DNA from: Girardia tigrina
Lineage: Eukaryota
Reading direction: 5' to 3'
Assembly: GCA_001938485.1 (NCBI GenBank)
Contig: MQRK01245821.1
Location: forward strand, 1 to 64,000
DNA length: 64,000 bases
Part shown: positions 14,120 through 24,967 of the stretch, piece by piece
How positions within the stretch are numbered: position 1 is the stretch's first letter
How the letters are laid out: each line of letters starts with the position of its first letter
Program-made: the position numbers and the translations under genes
Notes under the pieces: generated by a model
Databases searched by the model: none
Told to the model about the DNA's origin: nothing
The model's input: the letters and a program-made list of their open reading frames with translations, nothing else

Positions 14120-14427
14120 ACCTGAACAGACGTACGAAAACATTTTTCAATGATTCAAAGTGATGATTTTCATGTCAGGGAGCAAGAAAGTTCTGGTCAA
14201 CCAATATTACTTTAGAGAAAGAATTTTGATTTAAGGGAAACTCTGTTCAAACAAAAGAATCTGTCAGATAGTTTAATGTCTCTCTAATGAGTCATAATAA
14301 AACGTTTACATTCTTTGAAAATGATTCAGAAAAAGGAAAATGAATACCATATGACCTAAATGAAGTTAAAATTAAAAGTAGTTTATTTTTTTGCAATCCA
14401 ATAAATCCGCTTTTATATCAAAATGTA
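14120..14427 (+). pseudogene. Old mariner (mauritiana-like) transposase, N-terminal part
   Basis: FQ*FKSDDFHV..SGQP and KGK*IPYDL resemble WFQRFKSGDFDV and GRWVPHEL. Continues at 16870 after the nested insertion. Confidence 0.6.
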
Positions 14428-15326
14428 TGTTGGGATCAGTGAGCTTTTCCTTCAACTCGGCATCGGACCTATTTATAGCGCCAGTACCGAGGCGAGCGAA
14501 AAAAAACTCCTAGAATCTAAAAACCGAAAAATAAGAGATTATTTTAAGGAATATTTCAGAATAATGTTTGTTGTTTGGTATGTTGTTTTAGGATTGTTTT
14601 TCCACCCCCCCCCATATGGAAAATTAATTTTTAAATAATTTTAATTAATTGATTAAACATTTGAAAACATCGGATTATTTAATCAATTTAAAAAATTTTA
14701 AAAACTTTTTTTCAAATTAAATAAATATACCATAAAGAATTTAAATTTTTTTGAACTTTAAAGTCTAAATTATTTTGTAATCGAGTTATAAATTAAATTG
14801 TAATTTAAATTTGTTTGAATAATAAAACCCTTACAAATATAATTTAAAATTTATCAATCAAGAACGATTACTAATTACAAAAGTTTTGTGGAGAATTGTC
14901 ATAATGGTGATTCAAATGGTGATATCAATAAATGTATTGAAAATCCAATTAGCGTTCCTAATAATTATACTAGTATAATTTGTAATATTAATTAATTAAA
15001 AAAAGAAACTTTTAATTGATTTTCTCCCTTGGATTCTCTTGAATTGGATATTTTCTCGTGAGAAAATCGGTGTATTGATTTTTAAGTCTTGTCTTGAACT
15101 GGGAACTCGCCATCCTTGCGTGGTCCCTGACGAATGAAGTTTTGATTGTTTATGATAACCGTGACAATTGTCCGGTTATTGGCTGAGTGAGTTTTTGGGT
15201 AAAAGAAAATTGTATCAATTCGTCGAAATTTATGCACTTATTAAAATTTATTTTCATCGAATAAATTTTTTCAAAAGATTTTTTTTTATTTTGGAGTTTA
15301 TGAAGGATGGAGAGCATCATCAAGGC

Positions 15327-15500
15327 TGCTGATCTGTCGATCGATAATGGCGGTGCTTATAGTGCCTGCCAAGACTGTTGACGATCAAGTAGCGATTATT
15401 AACTTGCTCCTAAAGAAAGTCGAACTCTACTGATCTGTTGATGGACATCGTTAGGTGCTTATAGTTGCTGTCGAGACTGTAGACGATCTGGTGGCGATGC
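15327..15500. repeat. Two diverged ~70-bp direct repeats, ~102-bp period, inside copy 1
   Basis: ctgatctgt.gat....ggtgcttatagt..ctg.c.agactgt.gacgatc occurs twice and is absent from copy 2. Confidence 0.7.
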
Positions 15501-15635
15501 AAAAGTGTTGTCTGGTGTTATCATGGAAAGAGCATTTGTTTCGCCTGCCTTTTAACCTTTTGTTTTTTTTCTTTTCCTTTAAAATTCACGCATTGCCATC
15601 GTTTAATTCCTTTTCAATGCAGTAATAAATGCACC

Positions 15636-16389
15636 AACTGTCCAGAAAAAACAATTGAATAAGAAGAATATATGAAGAATTCAATTCCTTTATCGGTTTA
15701 TAAACCGATCGTTGACAAATACATACGGGCTGAACAAACACTAAAAGATTTACGGAATGAAGCCATTGACATGAGGATAAAACAAAATGTCAATAATTAC
15801 CACAAGAAGATCGTTGACATAATCTCCCAGGAATTACCGAAGGTAATCCAGAAAAAGGTATCTGAGGTTGAAGAAATAAGACGAATGAAAATAATGTCGA
15901 ATGAAAATCGCCGGATCCGAGTTCTAAGATTTATGGATCAATCACAAAGAGAACATGTTGTTATCTTCCACTCGTATCATCAGCAGAGCTCAGAAACGAT
16001 GTGAACAATGAAAATGGAGCGCTCAATTATTTAAGCAAACCGAAGTTGAATTGAAAAAAATTTATGAACCTGAGCACGTAGGCTTTCATCTAGAATATGC
16101 ATATATTTTTCATCTAGATCACTTTTATTCAAAGGTGACTGTTGGACTTGAAAGTAACAAGGAATTTATTCTACCATCGACTTTAATCTCTCGCAAGAAT
16201 TCGATAAAGACACAAAACTGGCTAGATTACAAAGAGAAACACCAAGCGCTACTAGAACTCCGGGAGCCTCCGTTATCGATCACTAGTGTGCAGGGAAGGA
16301 ATTTATTAGTTTGTCTAATCTGGACCACTGATGGCGATGGTTGGAATTGTTTTGATTTACATTTATTTTGTTTTCTTATTATGATTTAA
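15636..16389 (+). pseudogene. Decayed ~250-codon ORF of unknown function inside the TG...CA element
   Basis: ORF pieces 15672-16004 and 16051-16389 align with 52960-53700. Several differences between the copies are synonymous third-position changes. Confidence 0.6.
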
Positions 16390-16522
16390 TGAAACAATGT
16401 CTATATCTAATTTTTTCATGTTCTCTTAGCTTTAATTTTGTTATTAATTTGGTTATTCATTATAACAAATATAATGATCAAATAGATAACACGTTGAGAA
16501 ATAAATATATTATCGAAAATTA

Positions 16523-16739
16523 CCGTATTTTCGTGCATATAACTCGCAAAATATATTCCTCTCCATGGACATTTTGGGTAGGTAAAATATCACATTATTC
16601 CATGTATATCATCGTGAAATGTTAGTTTCTATCGTATAAAATATTTTCAGTATATCCCGTCCATTTTTATACCCTGTGAGTGGCGTATGGCGAAGATAAA
16701 ATCACACATTTTCCGCAGATTATCTGCGTGAAATTACTG
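16523..16739. mobile_element. pogo/Tc2-like MITE nested in the TG...CA element
   Basis: Imperfect TIRs ccgtattttcgtgcatataa / ttatctgcgtgaaattactg with TA on both sides. Copy 2 shows the empty site near 53835. Confidence 0.75.
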
Positions 16740-16869
16740 TAAACAGAAGTACCCTAAGCCGACTTTCATATACTTAAATACCATTAAATATAATATTCTG
16801 AAGAACCCAAGAGGTACTTGATTAATTTCACTGGCGAGATAAAAGGGCCAGATGTGGTTAATTGATACA

Positions 16870-16995
16870 TGTAAGCCCCAAACCAATCAAATCAACACCA
16901 AAACGAAATATTTATCGAAGAAAGGTTATTTTGTTCATTTCGTGGAATCAGAAAGGATTTATGTAATATTATCTACTTGTACCTAATAAAACAAA
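16870..16995 (+). pseudogene. Continuation of the split mariner transposase
   Basis: PIKSTPKRNIYRRKVILFISWNQKGFM*YYLLVPNKT resembles mariner STARPN.FGKK.MLCVWWDQ.GVIYYELL.P..T. Confidence 0.65.
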
Positions 16996-18379
16996 AATAT
17001 ATTTTAACCAACCTCATATTTTAAATAATTTCTACTTCATATGTTATGCCCTCTTAGACAGCTCCAAAGTTTTCTGATACTTTTTGATTAATGTTAGAAA
17101 TTACAAAATCAATAAAATTAATTAAATAAATTATTGCACCATCAAAAAATTTAGAAAATTTCTTAATTTGTATTTGATAACTATTAAGGGGTTGAAAACA
17201 AACTTGACCTTTGAATATTCTTTTATTATATATATCATGTATGTGGGTATGTATGTTTGTTTTTAAAAATATATTTTAAAGTAGAATCTTGTCTTTTTAT
17301 ATGGTAACCTACTCAATTTTTCTCAGTTACATGATTCTCGAAGCGATTAATATACAGAAAGACATGAACGATAAATCAAATTATTCCAAAACAATAAATA
17401 ACACACCCGAAAATATACCACAAATATATTAAGATTCCCATGCACATACACAAAAAGATCACAAATCCATGGTAAAAATATAAACTCCTCCTCCTGATTG
17501 GTTATCCAATCAGGATTCAATGTTTTAATCAAGAGCAACGTAGTATATTTTTTTTAAAATAATTTTTCTTTAATTTAATTTACGTTGTGATTTTTTAATT
17601 TTAGTTTTCTATTTTAAAATTTTTCTCAGATATTCTAAATGTTTGCTGAATCCATAATTTTTTGCTCAAATAATAATAATAGTTATTATTATTATAAAAA
17701 TAATAATATGAATAATAATAAAATCATATTATATATTTTTTCCTTTATTCTTTTTTCTAAAATAAATTACATATTTGTAAAAAAAACAATAGAGAAATGT
17801 ATTTTCTTTGATCTTTATATGTAACATGCAGAATATTTTGTTATTATTTTGCTAATACACAGACTGGTTATTATAATGATTTATTCAAACGAAAGTGAGA
17901 CAGAAACGTAAACAAAAAAATAATCTTTGATAATTTTAATGATTTTCGAAAACATTTTTGATGTATAAAAGGATTTTGAAATAAGTTTTGATAAAATAAA
18001 TAAAATATTTTTTTTTATTTTTTGAAATAAAATATATAAATTTTTATTATTAGCAATCCTCTTATTCTAAATTAAATTTTTAAATAAAAATTAAATTTTC
18101 AAAATAAATTTAGTGGAACATGTCTTAAGAGTTTCCAATAACAATGTCATAAATTATACTTAAATATAAATTATTATTTTTTTCTAAGAAAGTTTAAAAT
18201 ATATTTCCGAAAGTAAAATTTTTAGTCTTCTTTTAGTCAAACTTTTAGGGACTTCAAATAATGAAGAACTCATAATGGTCCTTCTTATGATCTTACTTAT
18301 TCATTGTAAAAAATTTTGCATGGTGTGTTATTATACTCAGTGGTGGTCCTTACACAGCTACGAGGCAACCGTTCCTCTA

Positions 18380-19265
18380 ATATCTACAGAGATACCTGTC
18401 GCGATCGAAATCGCGTCAGACAATCTGGCACCTAGCCGTTTTGATGATTGATCGTTCTTCGCCGCACCATGAGACCGAGCACTCTGTCTTCATTAATATT
18501 TGCCGACAGCTTAGTTTTAGTTCAAAACTTTCAAGCGCTGCACCACGCGGTCAGCTGATACTTTTGTGATATCGATCATAGCATCGTCATGCTACTCTTC
18601 TGCAGCCTTCGCTACCTGTGAGTCCGACCTAAGCAGGTAGTCCATGTTTCGTCTCATAAATGTTGGTTTAACCCAAACGCTAGTCGCATAATGAAACACG
18701 CCTTCCAAACTTAGTGGATTACTTGATAGGAACACAGTCTCATGCCCACTTTAATCTGGAGATATTCCCGCTAAAAGTTGATTACCTAGAGCGATATACA
18801 CATCTCCTGCCATTTGTGAAGCTTTTCAGTGCACACAAGGCTCTCTGCGGTGTTGTTGGTAGTTCAATGTTTGGTAGTCCAAGATCGGCTGCACTTTCTC
18901 TTTGGTCGTCTGAACAACATCCATTAGCGACAGAAGCGCCCTTACTTTGCCTTTGAATGGGATGATCAACCTGTTTTTATTTCATTCTGTTAACTCTTGA
19001 CTCATCTCTTTCTCTTACTGCTTAACCTACGCTTAGGTGGCCTCTTCCCCAGTGACTATGGTGGCACCTCACCACTTTTCCGCTTTCATGTCGCCGTCCA
19101 GATCAGTTGAAAATGGCTTTCATAATTCACACAAACTTTGTCGACGGGACCAATGTCCTTCTTACGACTGATGTTGAACAGCCCGTGTCAACAATTGTCT
19201 TCACGGTCCTAAGGCACATGTTCACCGGAACGAATAACAGTCGTGCGTCCCCGCAGTTAGACCTA
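18380..19265 (-). mobile_element. Degenerate LTR-retrotransposon pol fragment (aspartic protease + RT)
   Basis: Minus strand reads VKTIVDTGCSTSVV (protease DTG), KEKVQPILDYQTLN, EYLQIKV, IMRLAFGLN, *HDD (decayed YxDD) and RVLGL, with many stops and frameshifts. Confidence 0.75.
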
Positions 19266-19461
19266 GTTGTCAAAAAATTCTTAATTCCTATTTCTTCTTC
19301 TTTTTTTAGTAATTGTATTGATATTTTTATTCATTGGAATTACCCATTGCGAGATTATAATAATTTATTATAATAATATTTATTTTTTCTTCTGTCTGTC
19401 TCAGTAAATGTGTAATATTTGGTTCCATAATAAAAAATAAGTGAAAAAAGATAAACATAAA

Positions 19462-19464
<3 letters not shown>

Positions 19465-19490
<26 letters not shown>
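19465..19490. repeat. (AT)n microsatellite
   Basis: Direct observation. Confidence 0.9.
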
Positions 19491-19495
<5 letters not shown>

Positions 19496-20510
19496 AGGTG
19501 CCATTTCAGTAAATGTCAGGTACCTGTGTTTATACCATAATAAAATAAAAAAACAATAATAAATTAATTATTTTTGCTAAAAAAAAATAAATCGATATCG
19601 AAGGAAATTTCTTTAAAAAAGTCCTCTTTATTTATTTACTTATTTTAAATTATAAAAAATGAAACGTGCTGAAATATCTCAATTTTATTTTTCTTTCAAT
19701 TTTTAATAAATATAAAATACAATAAGCTTTTAATTAAAGAAAAAAACATAATTTTAATTAGAAATGTTTTTTTTGTATCTTTGTAACTAAGAGAAAGTGA
19801 ATATTTTTCAATTTAAATTTCAATACATTCAAAGAAATATTTTACTTTGTTATTTATTTATCTCAACAAATTATTTATATTCTTTAAATATCATTTGCTT
19901 CTCTTATTGTTCTATTGATTTATTAAAAGAAACTTAAGAAAAATATTAATATTTTAGAGTAATAAATTTTTTAACTTATTAAGATATTTATTTTGTTTAT
20001 AACATAATACTTAAGGAAAAATAAATATAATATTTACTTAAATAGTTTAATGATATTGTAATAGAAAATAATTATTACGAGAAATAATAAAACTAATAAT
20101 TAAAATATCAAAATTGTTTATTAAATAATAATTCTTTAATTAAAATTTAAAATTTATAAAAAAATATTGTTTCATAAAAGTAATTAATTTTAAATTTTAA
20201 AAATAATGAATTAAAATATTTTTAATTAAGTCAATTTAGCTATCCATTAAAAATGAGCCTTTTGTATAAACTTTTCATGCTTTAATTAAAAACAAATTAA
20301 ATTTCTATAAAAATAAAACTTATGTGAATAAAGTATGACGAAAAAAATAATATATAATAATTTTATTTAAAAAAAATCATAAATAATATTTTATACTAAA
20401 AACATCTGACTGAAATTATAAATAAAAATTATTATTTGAGATTTAAAAAAAATATCAGAACAAAAACTTGTGAGAAATTGTAATAATGTTTTTGTTTTAA
20501 GTTAAAATAT

Positions 20511-20511
<1 letters not shown>

Positions 20512-20590
<79 letters not shown>
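20512..20590. repeat. (TAA)n microsatellite, ~26 units
   Basis: Direct observation. Confidence 0.97.
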
Positions 20591-22104
20591 TCATTATGTT
20601 AATAGTAAAAAACGCCTACATGAATCGTTTCATTTGTTGAAACAATTTTTTATTTAATAAATTTTTTTTCATTATAAAAATAATTATTATTTATCTTTAA
20701 AAAATTTTTTAAAAAACATGAAAATATTTGTATTAATTTATTTATTGTTGATTAATAATATTAATTATTATTTATCATTTATTATTAATATTTTTTATAA
20801 TATAATGAAAATATTATAATATATATTTTTTTATTATAATATAATTTTTATAATATAATATAAAAATTCTAGGACGTTTATTTTAATCTTTTTGATTCCA
20901 TTTGTTTCCGTCATTTACATGTTTCATCTAATTAATAATAAAGCCATTAATAATTGTATATGATTTTTTTCCATAGCTGAATAAAAATAATAAATCAAAG
21001 AAAGAATGAAAATAACGAATATTATATATTCATTATATTTTAAATATTTTTATGAAATATTTTCATTAACTGTTTTATATTATTATTATATTATTATAAT
21101 TAAACTCTAAAAATAAAAAAAGAAAATAATAATAAGATATAGAAAAAAATTAATATTTTTATAATTAATTTTTTTTATTTTAATAATAAGATATTGATGA
21201 AATTTTATTAAGAAAATTGATATTCAATGAATAAATATTTTTTTTAATTTGTAATGGGAAAATACACTTCACAAAATTTTTTTAGCATAATTAATTATAA
21301 TTATTATTAGTAATAATTGAACCATTAATTCTGTTTTCAATAAGTGAAAAGAAAAGAAAGGAAGTTCCATTATTAAAATTTTAATATTTTAATTAAAAAG
21401 ACTTATTAAAAAGGAAGGTCAATATATTTTATTGGTTTATTTATAAGAATTATGAATTTCATTTTATTTAAGTAATAGAAATATTATTTAATTTATCAAA
21501 GTAATTTTTGATTTTGAAATGTTTTCAAAAACTGTTTTTTATATTTTTTATAATAATTAAATAATTTATTTTCAAATTAATTATTTGATAAGTTTGATAA
21601 AATATTATTATAATTGATAAATATTTATTAGAATTATTATAACAGTAATTTCAAATCTGTTTTATGAGGGATATATAATTTTATACAATATTATAAATAA
21701 AAAAATGTAAACAATGTACTTAACAAAATTCTTTGAATTCAATATTTCAGTTTATTTATATTCAAAACAAATGAAAATATTTACACATAGATAAATACTT
21801 AAATAAACAATTATTTGTTTAAATACACAATAATAACAATAATAATTTACTTATTAAACTATGACTAATATAATTTAAAAATAAAACTTATTTTGAATTA
21901 TTAATATTACCATTTAAAATTATTAAATTAATTTAAATAATATTCAAATAAAATTTATTATATTGGACAACTTTAATTCGGGAGCAAAACATTGAAACTT
22001 TGAGGGCAAAATATGAGTTTTTACTAATTTTATATTTTTTTAAATTCAAAATTAACATAAATTATTGATTAAATTTTAAATAAATTATTAAATAAATTAA
22101 TTAA

Positions 22105-23710
22105 AAATGGACACCTTGATGAAAAATTAGGGAAGCAATTAAAACCAATAGGTTCCCAATCGGCTAAGTTATATGGACTTCCTAAAGTTCACAAGGATGG
22201 TGTACCTATGCGTCCAATTCTTTCAATGGTTCAAACTGCACAATATGACATCGCTAAATTTTTAGACTTAAAGTTAAAAGGTTTAATATCTGAAAAGTAT
22301 GCATGTCGTGACAGTTTTGAATTCGTTAACTATATTTCCAATTATGAATTAAGTAATAAAAATGAATTCATGGTTTCGTTTGATGTGACTAGTTTATTTA
22401 CTAATGTCCCACTAAATGAAACCATAAATTTATGCTGTGAAATTTGGAAAANNNNNNNNNNNNNNNNNNNNNNNNNNNNNNNNNNNNNNNNNNNNNNNNN
22501 NNNNNNNNNNNNNNNNNNNNNNNNNNNNNNNNNNNNNNNNNNNNNNNNNNNNNNNNNNNNNNNNNNNNNNNNNNNNNNNNNNNNNNNNNNNNNNNNNNNN
22601 NNNNNNNNNNNNNNNNNNNNNNNNNNNNNNNNNNNNNNNNNNNNNNNNNNNNNNNNNNNNNNNNNNNNNNNNNNNNNNNNNNNNNNNNNNNNNNNNNNNN
22701 NNNNNNNNNNNNNNNNNNNNNNNNNNNNNNNNNNNNNNNNNNNNNNNNNNNNNNNNNNNNNNNNNNNNNNNNNNNNNNNNNNNNNNNNNNNNNNNNNNNN
22801 NNNNNNNNNNNNNNNNNNNNNNNNNNNNNNNNNNNNNNNNNNNNNNNNNNNNNNNNNNNNNNNNNNNNNNNNNNNNNNNNNNNNNNNNNNNNNNNNNNNN
22901 NNNNNNNNNNNNNNNNNNNNNNNNNNNNNNNNNNNNNNNNNNNNNNNNNNNNNNNNNNNNNNNNNNNNNNNNNNNNNNNNNNNNNNNNNNNNNNNNNNNN
23001 NNNNNNNNNNNNNNNNNNNNNNNNNNNNNNNNNNNNNNNNNNNNNNNNNNNNNNNNNNNNNNNNNNNNNNNNNNNNNNNNNNNNNNNNNNNNNNNNNNNN
23101 NNNNNNNNNNNNNNNNNNNNNNNNNNNNNNNNNNNNNNNNNNNNNNNNNNNNNNNNNNNNNNNNNNNNNNNNNNNNNNNNNNNNNNNNNNNNNNNNNNNN
23201 NNNNNNNNNNNNNNNNNNNNNNNNNNNNNNNNNNNNNNNNNNNNNNNNNNNNNNNNNNNNNNNNNNNNNNNNNNNNNNNNNNNNNNNNNNNNNNNNNNNN
23301 NNNNNNNNNNNNNNNNNNNNNNNNNNNNNNNNNNNNNNNNNNNNNNNNNNNNNNNNNNNNNNNNNNNNNNNNNNNNNNNNNNNNNNNNNNTTAAAATGTA
23401 AAAAGAAAATCGGAGAAAATTATTTTCAAATTCTGTGTAATCGATTTAAAAATTACTGGGAGAGAGTAACGTGTGAGGCCTTATTAATAAGATCCATGGA
23501 TCCAAAAATAAATATCCAAGCTTCACACTCAACTTCTCTGTTAAACATTTTCAAATAGAGCCTTTATTACATGATTGATTGCGGAATCACCTTTCTCATA
23601 TATAAGCTGCAAAAAGCCAGTGTTAATTTAGTCTGAAGATGGCGGGTAATCCGCCGAAATTAATTACGAAAATAAATTGTGAAAAATGGCGTTCACTTTT
23701 TAATAATGAA
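22105..23710 (+). mobile_element. Penelope-like retroelement, 5'-truncated (RT, gap, GIY-YIG C-terminus, pLTR)
   Basis: LYGLPKVHKDGVPMRPILS and MVSFDVTSLFTNVP (PLE RT) precede the N gap. FQIL...EALLIRSMDPKIN (GIY-YIG tail) follows it, then a 3' region with a hammerhead core. Confidence 0.92.
23625..23678 (+). ncRNA. Minimal type I hammerhead ribozyme in Penelope pLTR
   Basis: CTGAAGA (23633-23639), stem II GGCGG-gtaat-CCGCC, GAAA (23656-23659), short palindromic stem III (attaat) with a UUA site, and flanks aattta/taaatt able to form stem I. Confidence 0.8.
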
Positions 23711-24716
23711 TATAAATTGCCATTATTTTTTAAATTCCTTATTGATTAAATTGTTTTAAATTATCAAAATGGTTGCATGATTTTCTTAGGACTTATTTTT
23801 GTGGCATATTTTATTCAAGACTCGAATAAAAAATGCTTCGTTAATTTAATTTACAAATGTTTAAAATTTCTAACTAAACTTTTGAATAATCAATAACGAT
23901 AATATGAAAATCCTCTCAATACAATCGATTGTGGATATGTTATGCTGAGGAACGACCTTTAAAGACCCTGAAGAAGAAGAATACTGTAATGTGGACGACT
24001 CACATAAGTTTGAACGACTGCCCTGATTAAGTCTTGTAGTGAGAAGACACGGATTTAGCCAGTCTCTGAGGCAGATGGCCATGGAAAATGTGAAAAGTAG
24101 TAAAACAAGACTTGCTTGTCAAGCCAAGGACAAAGAAACAGCTATTAACAACAAACTAGAAAGAAGGCAGACGGGAAAATGTAAAAATTTTCTATTGATT
24201 CTGAAGGGAGACATGAGTCTTAATAATTTCATAGATCGAGCTCACCGTACATTCTATCCCAAACAGACTGAATGACAGATATATCAGAAGGGAAGACTTA
24301 AAGGATATCCCTGACAATATTGAAAATATATTACCCTCAAAGTTTCAAGTCTTAGTTGTAATATTTGGAATTTTCTCTCCAAATAGTAAGAAAATGCCAA
24401 GGATATTTTTAAAAAGAATAAAAATGCGAACAATGAAGTGTACCTAGAGGTTATGAGGATAATTTGTCAGAGAAAATCACATTTTTTCACTGCTGGAAAG
24501 ACTAATTCTAGAGGTTTTTTCAGAATGTATGCATTATTTTTTTATATTTATTATCTCTTTTTATTTTTCACAATACTTCTAATCGTTTTCGTTTTATTGA
24601 ATAACAATTTACTGATCTTTTTATTACTGATTCGTCATTTATATATAAAAATATGATATACAATAAGAAAAGATTATATAACGAAATTTAGTAAAAAGAT
24701 TAATAACGTTTAAACA

Positions 24717-24967
24717 CAGTGTTATTCTGAAACATAAAACTTTTGATTACAGAATATAAACTTTTGATTACAAAACAAAACTTTTGGTTCCGAAATATAA
24801 CACTTTTAATAAAAAAATACTGGATACATATTATATATAATGATTTACACACAAACATTTGTATTCATATAAATATTTTATCAGGTATTTAAAGAAAAAA
24901 GTTTGATATTTTATGATCAAAGTTTTATATTTCGTAATCAAAACTTTTATATGTTGGACTAACACTG
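24717..24967. mobile_element. MITE with cagtgtta termini and ~20-bp subterminal repeats
   Basis: cagtgtta...taacactg ends; aaacttttgattac repeats on the left are mirrored on the right. Confidence 0.6.

Larger units (their letters stand above)
14428..16869. mobile_element. Unclassified TG...CA (solo-LTR-like) element, copy 1, with a decayed internal ORF and secondary insertions
   Basis: Begins tgttgggatc, ends ttgataca; 4-bp TSD tgta at 14424-14427 and 16870-16873. Interrupts a mariner. Colinear homology to ~52416-53970. Confidence 0.75.

Noticed and set aside
19500-22100. Extremely AT-rich 2.6-kb tract as origin or centromere-like DNA
   Set aside because: Low complexity only, with no periodic satellite apart from (TAA)n; typical of this genome.
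22437-23401. Long ORFs of 300-400 aa in the track (also 27830, 37165-38356, 55754-56800)
   Set aside because: They run through N gaps; only the real flanking residues are informative.
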